DNA from: an uncultured candidate division Zixibacteria bacterium
GTDB lineage: Bacteria > Zixibacteria > MSB-5A5 > GN15 > PGXB01
Direction: 5' to 3'
DNA: 64,000 nt
Assembly (NCBI GenBank): GCA_963702205.1
Contig: OY969724.1
Span: forward strand, 1,696,001-1,760,000
Shown here: piece after piece, positions 20,735-29,664 of the stretch
Position numbering within the stretch: the stretch's first letter is position 1
How the letters are laid out: each line of letters starts with the position of its first letter
Notes under the pieces: model-generated
Told to the model about the DNA's origin: nothing
Databases searched by the model: none
The model's input: only the letters and a program-made list of their open reading frames with translations
Position numbers and translations under genes: made by a program

Positions 20735-23700
20735 GCCTTTTGCAAATGAAAAAACTGGACGGCTTTATGGCCAAAAACACGATGACAGTTGTACTGCTCG
20801 CGGTTTTGGTTGCGTTATTGCCGCCTTTAACCGGTTACAGCCAGGTCACCGCCACCGGCGATTTGACCGCCCGGATCGACAGTATAATCGCTTTAATACC
20901 GGATGTATCTCCGGCGGACTTGTACGTCGGTCCGAATACATCGCAGCAGACGCTGTGGCGGTCGATTATCCAGGATATGTTGAATGCCGACTATTCTTCG
21001 GCCAACAGCTCGGCGTCAACGATTGACTATGAAGTGGTCGAATTTACTGATGACACCTATAACCCGGCAAAGACGTTTTATGTCCTGGAACGAAAGCCAA
21101 TGGCGACAAGTTATTACTGGGGAACTTTCATTTTTAACCCGGATCCACGTCGGCCCAAGTTGGTAATTCAATGCCCTCACCCGGTAGACAATATTAATAC
21201 CGGTTATGAAGGGCTGCGAGTATTTGAAACTGCCGAAGCCTGGATTTATTTCGTGGCCGGGACGAGCAAATGCAACTCGACGTCATATACGGCGTGCGAT
21301 GGAACTTCTACCTCGTGTTCGGTGACCGAAGAACCATACCGCGACTGCGACCAGGCTCATATTGTCGACGGGACATTTCAAATGACGACCGAGGAAATCC
21401 TGTCCATCTCGCCCGATATTATCGTAATCCAGCCTCACGGTTACAGCCGGGATCCGGATGATCCGAGCATTATTATGAGCAATGGGTCGTATTTTACGCC
21501 GGCCGAAGATCCGCTCCCGACTTTGCGTGACAATCTGCTTTTAATCGATAACAGTCTGACCTTTAAGCTCCCGCATCTGGAATCGTGGACGTTTTTTGTC
21601 GGACGCGAGAACGCCCAGGGCAGACTGATGAATCAGTCGACTGATCCGTGCGGAGAATTTGCAACATCAAGTACCGGTCAGTTTCTTCATCTTGAACAGC
21701 GATACGCGGGCTTGCGCGATACGGAAGCTAACTGGATGAAACTGGCCAATGCCGTGGCACTTACTTTCCCGGCCCTGGGCCAGATCACGTCGGCTCAGTC
21801 CGGCCCATGGACTTCACCTTCAACCTGGGTCGGTGGAGAAGTGCCGACGTCCGAAGACGACGTTCTGATCGCTGCCGAACATACGATTTCGGTCGATGAT
21901 CTTTCGGCCGTGTGTCATTCGGTAATGTTCGGCGATACTTCGTCGCATATAGACATGAACCAGAACAGCCGCCTTGATATCTACGGCGATTTCACTTTAT
22001 TCAGTGAAGAACACAACGTATTTTCAGCCGGGTGGTCGTCGACCAATGCCACCGTACGGTTTGTCGGCTACGATGCAATTCAGGATTTGAGCGGCTGGAG
22101 TACGACCGGCGGCTCGACTGCTTTCCGCGACGTCGTTATCGACAAGCCGAACGGCAAAGTAGTCACCGGCGGAACCGGCATGCGTCTCGGCCTCCAGAAC
22201 AGCCTTGAAATTGTCAACGGTGCTCTGGAGCTTTCTCCCGATGATGACATTGAAGCGCGCTGGGCATCGAGCGGGAATTTCACGGAAAATCAGGAACTTA
22301 TAATTACCGTACAAGCCGGTGCCCAGTTTACACTGATAGACGGTGACGGGACACACTTCATCCGAAGTGGCGTCGATCTGCCTATCGGCAAGATGACCCT
22401 TTACGGGTCCGCCACGTTCACCGACGCCAGTTCTTATGATATCAACATCGACGATATCGACGTGATGGAGGGCGGCACCCTGAACCTTGATGCCGGTCTG
22501 GGAAGTACGACGTACGGCCCCGAATTCAATCCGGGCATTGTTACGGTCGCATCGGGCGGAGAAATATCGAACACGACGACCAGCGAAATCTGGTTCGATA
22601 CGTCGGTGGTAGTTCTCGATCAGGGAGCCACATATAAGACAACCAGTGTAACGACGGTATTCCCGTCGACGTTCACGAACAACGGTAAAGTCCGTTATCA
22701 GCGCGATTTCGCGACTTTGACCGATGACCAGGTCGTCGGCGATATGGATTATTATGACGTCGAGTTCAGCTTCCTGAGCAACAATACGAAAAAGATCTGG
22801 ACTCTGGACGGCGATCGCGCGGTTACGGACAGCCTGACGATCAACAACGACGTCGATTTTAGGCTTCAGGCCGACGCAGCACACACTCTGAACGTCGGAA
22901 GCTATCTTCGTCTTTCCAGCGGTTCGTTCGATAATTCGGACGCCGACGCGACTCTGGAATTAGCCGACAACGCCTTGATTTCGCGCGCCACGGGGACTTT
23001 GTCTTCGGCGCCGGATTTTCTCGGCGTGGTCAACCTTCGCTACACCAGTACGTCGACATCGGTTTTGGTCGGTCCGGAATTTCCGACCGATCCGAGTGTC
23101 CTGAACGACATAACCGTGATATGCGGAACGCAGACGGTGACATTGAGCAACGATGCGACTGCCAACGGCACGGTGACTCTTTCCAACGGCACATTCGACA
23201 TCGATGGTACCGAAGGCGATTATACTCTTTATCTGGCCGATGGCGCCACAATCAGGCGGGCCACGGGTGAATTCTCGACGGCACCGACGTTCGGTGCCAA
23301 CGTTGATTTGAATTACATTAGTACAGTAGGCAGCGTCACGACCGGGAACGAAATGCCCACCAGCACCAGCACCTTGAGAAATCTGACGATCAGCGGCACC
23401 AAAGGTGTGACTCTTGGTTCTGATATTACGGTCAACGGCACGCTGGACGTACAGGCCAGTATGCTCAGCACGGATGCTCATACCATTACGCTGGCTGCAG
23501 GCGCGAATCTTATAGAAGATTCCCCGTATTCGGTTAACGGCAATATAACTGCGACGCGCGCGGTATCGATGGGAGTCAATAACGACTTCGGCAATATCGG
23601 CGTGGAAATCAACGCGGCCGGTGACGATCCCGGTTCAACCACGGTTCTGCGCGTAACCGGCACCGCACCGACACTTCCCGGCGTGCAGGGGATCAACCGG

Positions 23701-26310
23701 TTCATCGACATATCACCGACCGTCAACGACGGCCTGAACGCCACGCTGGTATTTCATTATGATGAAAGCGAACTCAACGGCGTCCCCGAGGCCAACCTGA
23801 CGCTGTACCATTCCGATAACGGCGGCAGCAGCTGGACGCCTCGCGGCGGCGTGGTCAATGAGGTGGCCAATACCGTCACGCTGACCGGCGTGAATGAATT
23901 CTCGCTGTGGACCCTCGGTGGAACGGCCCAGGGAATCATCCTCACGGCGCAATCCGGTTCGTGGACCAGCGGCAGTACGTGGCAGGGTGGTACGGTCCCG
24001 ACTTCGACCGACGACGTCATGATCCTGTCCGGTCACAACGTATCCGTTGACGATAACATGGCGGAATGCCATTCGATTACATTCGGCGGCGAGGATGCGC
24101 ATATCGACATGAACGCCAACAGCCGTCTCGACGTTTACGGCGATTTTACGCTGTTCAGTGAAAACCATAACGTCTTCTCGGCCGGCTGGTCGGCGGAAAA
24201 CGCTTATATCCGTTTCACCGGCGGCGAATTGCAGACTCTTTCGGGATGGAGCACGACCGCAGGTTCCACCTCGTTCCGCGACATGATCGTCGAAAAAGAC
24301 AGCGCCACGGTTATCCAGACCGAGGGCAAAGGCGATCCGGGCATGAGGCTGTCCTTGCAGAACAGCCTCGAAATCATCAGCGGTATTCTTCAGTTCAACG
24401 AAGGTGACGACATCGAAGCCCGCTGGGTAACATCGGGTGACCGCACCGAAAATCAGGACCTGACCATTTACGTCCACCCCGGGGCGGAGATTAATTTCCT
24501 TGATGGGGTCGGAACACACTTCATCCGCAGCGGCATTGGAATTCCGATCGGGAAGATGACCGTTGCCGGCTGGGTCGAACTGTATGACGCCAGTTCCTAT
24601 GATTATAATATTAACAATATTGAAATACTCGACGGCGGGACGTTCAAAATCGGCACCGGATTGGGTAGCACGACGTACGGACCCGAATTCAATCCCGGCG
24701 TGATTTCAATCGATTCCGGCGGCAGTCTTTATTCGGTTACCACGACCGACGTCTGGTTCGATACTTCGGTTGTCGATTTAAAGCCGGGCGGAACCTATAA
24801 GATCAATAGCAGCAGCACTTTTTTCCCGCCGACGCTTTATAACAACGGCAAGGTTCGTTATCAGTGGAATCCGAGTTCGTCCTCTTCTGACCAGACGGTC
24901 GTGGATACCAATTATTACCAGGTCGAGTTCAGCTTCAATGGAAACGCCACGAAGAAAATCTGGACGCTCAACGATGACCGGACGGTAGCCGATAGTTTTA
25001 CTGTGAACAACGATTGTGAGGTAGTCCTTCAGGCCGACGCTCCTCTCTCGGTTACGGTTGACGGCATTCTCCGCATGACCAGCGGCAATATCGATAACAG
25101 CGACGCCGATGCGACACTGGTTATCCCCGATGACGGCTGGATTTCGCGGGCTTATGGAACGATCGCCGCTGCTCCGATTTTTGAAGGAACGGCCAACGTG
25201 CGCTATACGAGCAACACCATAGCGGTGGAGACCGGTCCCGAACTTCCGACCGATCCCGGAACTTTAAAAGACCTGATCATCTATTCCACGGATCAATCCG
25301 TTACGCTGAGCGAAGATGCCACGGTAAACGGTGATATGACGCTTTCGACCGGTATATTCGACAATAACGGTACGGCCGACGACAAAGTGCTGACCATGGC
25401 CGACGGTTCAGGAATCCGGCGCGCCACCGCTGAACTTACGGCGGCTCCGTCATTTGCGGGAGTGGTTGACGTTGAATATATCAGCGAAGTCGGTGAAGTG
25501 ACGACCGGTCCCGAATTGCCCGTCAATCCGTCCGTACTGCGCGATTTGATCATCTCCGGCAACCAGGGAGTGAATCTCGGGGCCGACGTTACCGTCAACG
25601 GAACGCTCGGCATATTCGACAGCATTCTGACGACCGGTTCGTGGACCGTTACCCTGGCTCCGGCGGCCGAAATAGAGGAAGACTCCGGTTTTGTCGCCCA
25701 GGGCAATATAACGACGACCCGTACTCTGGCACAGGGTGTTAATGAAACCTTCGGAGCCCTCGGGCTGGAAATCAACGCCGCCGGTGCCGCTCCCGGCGCG
25801 ACAAGCGTCCTGCGGGTTACCGGGACGGCTCAGGCCCTCTCGGGCGGTTCAAGCATCCTGAGGTACTTCGACGTTGCCCCCACGGTTAATTCCGGCCTGG
25901 ATGCCACACTCGTGTTTCATTACGATGAAGGCGAGTTGAACGGTTTGTCCGAATCGGGCCTGCAGTTGTTCTCGTCAACCGACGGCGGTTCGAGTTGGAC
26001 GGCCCAGGGTGGGACGGTCGATGACGTTGCAAATACGGTTACGCTGACCGGCGTCAACGGCTTCTCGCTCTGGACGCTGGGTTCCGAAGCGGGATACGTG
26101 TGCGGTGACGCCAGCGGCGACGGAAACGTCAACCTGCTGGATATATTGTTCCTGATAGCATACAAGTACAATACTCCGGCGGGGCCGGCGCCGAGTCCGA
26201 TGGAAGCCGGTGACGCCAACGGTGACGGAAGCATCAACCTGCTGGATATTCTTTATTTGATTGCATACAAGTACAATACTCCTGTCGGTCCGGCGCCGAT
26301 TTGTCCGTGA
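20728..26310 (+). CDS. Giant secreted protein: N-terminal putative Zn-hydrolase domain, two ~720-aa G8-like/beta-helix modules, C-terminal dockerin-like domain
   Basis: 1860 aa. Signal peptide; QCPHP, QPHG and HLEQ motifs; module beginning (S/T)AQSGxW..W.GG.VP occurs twice; twin GDA..DG..NLLDI repeats. Confidence 0.8.
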   Translation: MLSLLQMKKLDGFMAKNTMTVVLLAVLVALLPPLTGYSQVTATGDLTARIDSIIALIPDVSPADLYVGPNTSQQTLWRSIIQDMLNADYSSANSSASTIDYEVVEFTDDTYNPAKTFYVLERKPMATSYYWGTFIFNPDPRRPKLVIQCPHPVDNINTGYEGLRVFETAEAWIYFVAGTSKCNSTSYTACDGTSTSCSVTEEPYRDCDQAHIVDGTFQMTTEEILSISPDIIVIQPHGYSRDPDDPSIIMSNGSYFTPAEDPLPTLRDNLLLIDNSLTFKLPHLESWTFFVGRENAQGRLMNQSTDPCGEFATSSTGQFLHLEQRYAGLRDTEANWMKLANAVALTFPALGQITSAQSGPWTSPSTWVGGEVPTSEDDVLIAAEHTISVDDLSAVCHSVMFGDTSSHIDMNQNSRLDIYGDFTLFSEEHNVFSAGWSSTNATVRFVGYDAIQDLSGWSTTGGSTAFRDVVIDKPNGKVVTGGTGMRLGLQNSLEIVNGALELSPDDDIEARWASSGNFTENQELIITVQAGAQFTLIDGDGTHFIRSGVDLPIGKMTLYGSATFTDASSYDINIDDIDVMEGGTLNLDAGLGSTTYGPEFNPGIVTVASGGEISNTTTSEIWFDTSVVVLDQGATYKTTSVTTVFPSTFTNNGKVRYQRDFATLTDDQVVGDMDYYDVEFSFLSNNTKKIWTLDGDRAVTDSLTINNDVDFRLQADAAHTLNVGSYLRLSSGSFDNSDADATLELADNALISRATGTLSSAPDFLGVVNLRYTSTSTSVLVGPEFPTDPSVLNDITVICGTQTVTLSNDATANGTVTLSNGTFDIDGTEGDYTLYLADGATIRRATGEFSTAPTFGANVDLNYISTVGSVTTGNEMPTSTSTLRNLTISGTKGVTLGSDITVNGTLDVQASMLSTDAHTITLAAGANLIEDSPYSVNGNITATRAVSMGVNNDFGNIGVEINAAGDDPGSTTVLRVTGTAPTLPGVQGINRFIDISPTVNDGLNATLVFHYDESELNGVPEANLTLYHSDNGGSSWTPRGGVVNEVANTVTLTGVNEFSLWTLGGTAQGIILTAQSGSWTSGSTWQGGTVPTSTDDVMILSGHNVSVDDNMAECHSITFGGEDAHIDMNANSRLDVYGDFTLFSENHNVFSAGWSAENAYIRFTGGELQTLSGWSTTAGSTSFRDMIVEKDSATVIQTEGKGDPGMRLSLQNSLEIISGILQFNEGDDIEARWVTSGDRTENQDLTIYVHPGAEINFLDGVGTHFIRSGIGIPIGKMTVAGWVELYDASSYDYNINNIEILDGGTFKIGTGLGSTTYGPEFNPGVISIDSGGSLYSVTTTDVWFDTSVVDLKPGGTYKINSSSTFFPPTLYNNGKVRYQWNPSSSSSDQTVVDTNYYQVEFSFNGNATKKIWTLNDDRTVADSFTVNNDCEVVLQADAPLSVTVDGILRMTSGNIDNSDADATLVIPDDGWISRAYGTIAAAPIFEGTANVRYTSNTIAVETGPELPTDPGTLKDLIIYSTDQSVTLSEDATVNGDMTLSTGIFDNNGTADDKVLTMADGSGIRRATAELTAAPSFAGVVDVEYISEVGEVTTGPELPVNPSVLRDLIISGNQGVNLGADVTVNGTLGIFDSILTTGSWTVTLAPAAEIEEDSGFVAQGNITTTRTLAQGVNETFGALGLEINAAGAAPGATSVLRVTGTAQALSGGSSILRYFDVAPTVNSGLDATLVFHYDEGELNGLSESGLQLFSSTDGGSSWTAQGGTVDDVANTVTLTGVNGFSLWTLGSEAGYVCGDASGDGNVNLLDILFLIAYKYNTPAGPAPSPMEAGDANGDGSINLLDILYLIAYKYNTPVGPAPICP

Positions 26311-26395
26311 CCTGCGGAAGTATAGTACTTATTAAATAAATAATCGAAATTGGATCGGGTCGGACGGCCAAAGCCGTCCGGCCCGCTTCCGGGAG

Positions 26396-29300
26396 TTGTG
26401 GATCATGAATTCAGAGGACAAAATGCCGGGACATCGCATGGATTTGACATCGCGCCGGTTCCTTCGGGACAAAATTCTCGGCTTTTGTCACCCGATGTGG
26501 ACCATTGCGGTTTTTGTGTCAATGCTATTTGTATTTTCAAGCTCGTACGGTCAGGTCAATCTGACAGGTAACCTGACCGACTATATCGACAATATTGTCG
26601 ACCAGATACCGGGGACGACTCCTGCTAATTTGTACCAGGTTCCGAACTCTTCGGAGACGTCGATCTGGCGGCAGATCATTCAGGATATTATGACCGGTGA
26701 TTATGCCAACGCAAACAACCAGGCGGCATCCCTGGAGTACAGAGTCGTTCATTACACGGATAATTCCGTCAACCCCAATCACGAATACTACGTTCTGGAA
26801 CGCGTTTCGGGAGCAACCTCTCATTACTGGGGAACCTTTGTTTTCAATACAAATCCGTTGCGGTATCGTCTCGTGATCCAGAGTCCGCACCCTGAGAACG
26901 ACCGCAATACCGGTTATCAGGGTTTTCGGGTGTTCAAGGAAGCCGGGGCGCGGGCCTTTTTCGTTTCCGGTATCCACCGCTGCAACAATACGACCGACAG
27001 CCCGTGTGACGGAACAACCACGACCTGCACCGGGTCAGCGGCACCGTACCGGGTTTCGGATCCGCCGCACAATGTTACCGGGACATTCCAGATAACGACC
27101 GAAGAGATGCTGGCCTATATTCCCGACCTGTTCATAATTCAGCCCCACGGATTTTCCAAGGGCACGGGCGACCCGGATGTCATCGCCAGTAACGGGTCGC
27201 GTTACACCCCGGCCGGGACGGACTATCTGGTCGAATTGTGTAATAATTATTATGCACAGGACAACAGCCTGACTTTCAAAATCGCACACATCGACCTCGA
27301 CTGGGATGAATTGATCGCGCGAACCAACGTGCAGGGGAGATTGCTGAATCAAGTTGTGGACCCGTGCGGGACGTACGCAACGATGGCATCGGGGCGGTTC
27401 TTTCATCTGGAGCAGGCCTATGATAAACTCCGCGACAGTGAAGCGAATTGGTACAAGCTGGTTAACGCCGTGATTTTGACCTTCCCCGAAGACAACGGGA
27501 TGATATCCAGGCAATCAGGTTCGTGGACCGATCCGGAGACCTGGCTGTCGGGAACAGTGCCGGGCCCGAATGACAACGTATCGATTCTCGAAGGGCATGT
27601 TATAACGGTCGATAACGATCAGGCCGAATGCCATTCGATAGTGTTCGGCGGGCCCAACGCACATATCGATATGAACGCCAACAGCCGCCTTACGGTATAC
27701 GGCGATTTCATGCTGTACAGCCAAACCCATAACGTCTTCTCAGCCGGGTGGTCGGCCGAAAACGCCGTAGTCAGATTCGCCGGAGATGAAGACCAGCTCC
27801 TGAGCGGCTGGAGCACGTCGGGCGGGTCGACGTCGTTCCGCGACGTTATTATAGAAAAAGGTCCGGATGCAATCGTAAGAACCGATGGAAGCGGCATGCG
27901 CCTCGGAATCCAGAACAGCCTCGATATCATAAGCGGTATTCTCAGCATAGAGCCGGATGATGATATCGAAGCGCGTTGGGCGTCGAGCGGGAATTTAACC
28001 AGCAACCAGGATTTAAACGTTACCGTCGAAGCCAACGGACGACTGCGTCTGATCGACGGTGACGGAACGCATTTTATCCGCAGTGGCGCCGGATCGCTGC
28101 CAATCGGCAGGATGACCATATACGGGAACGTGGAATTGTACGACGCCAGCTCTTATGACATAAGCATCGACGGGATAGACATCAAAGACGGCGGGACGCT
28201 CGAAGTCGGAACCGGGCTGGGCAGTACAACCTACGGTCCTGAGTTTAATCCGGGGCTGATAAATATCGAGTCCGGTGGGTCGCTTTACAATGTCACGACT
28301 TCGGACGTTTGGTTTGACACCACGGTCGTCGACCTGCAGCCGGGCGGGACGTACAAGACGTCGAGCAGTTCAACCATATTCCCTCCGACGCTGTATAACA
28401 ATGCCAAGGTGCGCTATCAACGCGATCCTGTGACCGTGGCTACCGATCAGGTCGTGGTCGATACGGGATATATCGATATCGAGTTCAGTTTCAACGGCAA
28501 CGCCACCAAAAAAATCTGGAGCCTGACCAATGACCGGGCGATTGTCGACAGCCTGATAGTCAATAACGACGCGGAATTTATTCTCGAGGCGTCCTCGCCT
28601 CACACGCTGACGGTCGGAGGAACTATCCGCCTGACCAGCGGTGTGCTGGACAATGATAACGGCAGTGCCGTCCTGGCTCTGGCCGACGGAGGAGTAATAT
28701 CCCGCGCTTATGGAGAAATTTCGACGGCCCCGCAATTTCTCGGTTCGGCCAGCGTCCGCTATAGCAGCAATACGACCCCGGTGTTGACCGGTCCCGAACT
28801 CCCGACTGATGAAAACGTGCTGTACGATCTTATCATCGACAGCGACGTCGGTGTCACTCTCGGTTCCAATGTGACGGTCAATCATGCCCTTCAGATAAAT
28901 GATGGTCCTTTTATGACGTCGGGTTTTACGGCCACACTCGGGGCCAATGCGACTATCGACGAGAGTTCCGGTTATATTGCTCGTGGAAGGGTTCAGACGA
29001 CCATTATTTTGACTCAAAGCACGAACGAAGATTTCGGCGGCCTCGGTGTCGAAATTAATGCGGTCGGAGCCGCGCCGGGTCAAACCTCGGTTGTCCGCAC
29101 TACCGGTGCCGCGCAATCGCTTCCGGGCGGAGCCTCGGTATCGAGGTGTTTCGACATAGTCCCACAGAACAACTCGGGCCTTAATGCAACGATTGTTTTC
29201 CACTATGACGAATCGGAATTGAACGACAATGAAGAAACGCATCTTCAGTTGTACTCATCGGACGACGGTGGCGCAAACTGGACACCGCGCGGTGGGACCA

Positions 29301-29581
29301 TTGATACGGACGCCAACACAGTGACGCTGTCCGGGGTGGACAGTTTCTCTGTGTGGACGCTCGGCTCGGAGGTGTCGTACATCTGCGGCGACGCCAACAA
29401 CGACGGACATGTCAACTTGCTGGATATACTATTCCTGATATCGAACATTTATGAAGAAGGCCCCGATCCGCTTCATTTCGAAGCGGCCGACGTCGACAGC
29501 TCCGGCAATTTGAATCTGCTCGATATACTCAAGCTGATAGACAATTTGTACGGTGCGGGGAACCCGCTGAACTGCCAGTAA
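26396..29581 (+). CDS. Secreted paralogue: hydrolase domain, one module, dockerin-like domain (true start may be downstream)
   Basis: 1061 aa, colinear with 20728..26310 (QSPHP, QPHG, HLEQ, GSTTYGPEFN). Confidence 0.8.
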   Translation: MWIMNSEDKMPGHRMDLTSRRFLRDKILGFCHPMWTIAVFVSMLFVFSSSYGQVNLTGNLTDYIDNIVDQIPGTTPANLYQVPNSSETSIWRQIIQDIMTGDYANANNQAASLEYRVVHYTDNSVNPNHEYYVLERVSGATSHYWGTFVFNTNPLRYRLVIQSPHPENDRNTGYQGFRVFKEAGARAFFVSGIHRCNNTTDSPCDGTTTTCTGSAAPYRVSDPPHNVTGTFQITTEEMLAYIPDLFIIQPHGFSKGTGDPDVIASNGSRYTPAGTDYLVELCNNYYAQDNSLTFKIAHIDLDWDELIARTNVQGRLLNQVVDPCGTYATMASGRFFHLEQAYDKLRDSEANWYKLVNAVILTFPEDNGMISRQSGSWTDPETWLSGTVPGPNDNVSILEGHVITVDNDQAECHSIVFGGPNAHIDMNANSRLTVYGDFMLYSQTHNVFSAGWSAENAVVRFAGDEDQLLSGWSTSGGSTSFRDVIIEKGPDAIVRTDGSGMRLGIQNSLDIISGILSIEPDDDIEARWASSGNLTSNQDLNVTVEANGRLRLIDGDGTHFIRSGAGSLPIGRMTIYGNVELYDASSYDISIDGIDIKDGGTLEVGTGLGSTTYGPEFNPGLINIESGGSLYNVTTSDVWFDTTVVDLQPGGTYKTSSSSTIFPPTLYNNAKVRYQRDPVTVATDQVVVDTGYIDIEFSFNGNATKKIWSLTNDRAIVDSLIVNNDAEFILEASSPHTLTVGGTIRLTSGVLDNDNGSAVLALADGGVISRAYGEISTAPQFLGSASVRYSSNTTPVLTGPELPTDENVLYDLIIDSDVGVTLGSNVTVNHALQINDGPFMTSGFTATLGANATIDESSGYIARGRVQTTIILTQSTNEDFGGLGVEINAVGAAPGQTSVVRTTGAAQSLPGGASVSRCFDIVPQNNSGLNATIVFHYDESELNDNEETHLQLYSSDDGGANWTPRGGTIDTDANTVTLSGVDSFSVWTLGSEVSYICGDANNDGHVNLLDILFLISNIYEEGPDPLHFEAADVDSSGNLNLLDILKLIDNLYGAGNPLNCQ

Positions 29582-29664
29582 CGGGAGGGAAGAGGATGAT
29601 GAATAAAACGGAACGGCTTACACTAAATATAAAGGTCAGGTGAATTCACCATAGGAGGTAATGT

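Noticed and set aside
26356..26385. GC-rich hairpins here and at 32203-32226 as terminators or REPs
   Set aside because: No T tract and no match to REP-A/B/C; at most intra-operon mRNA stabilisers
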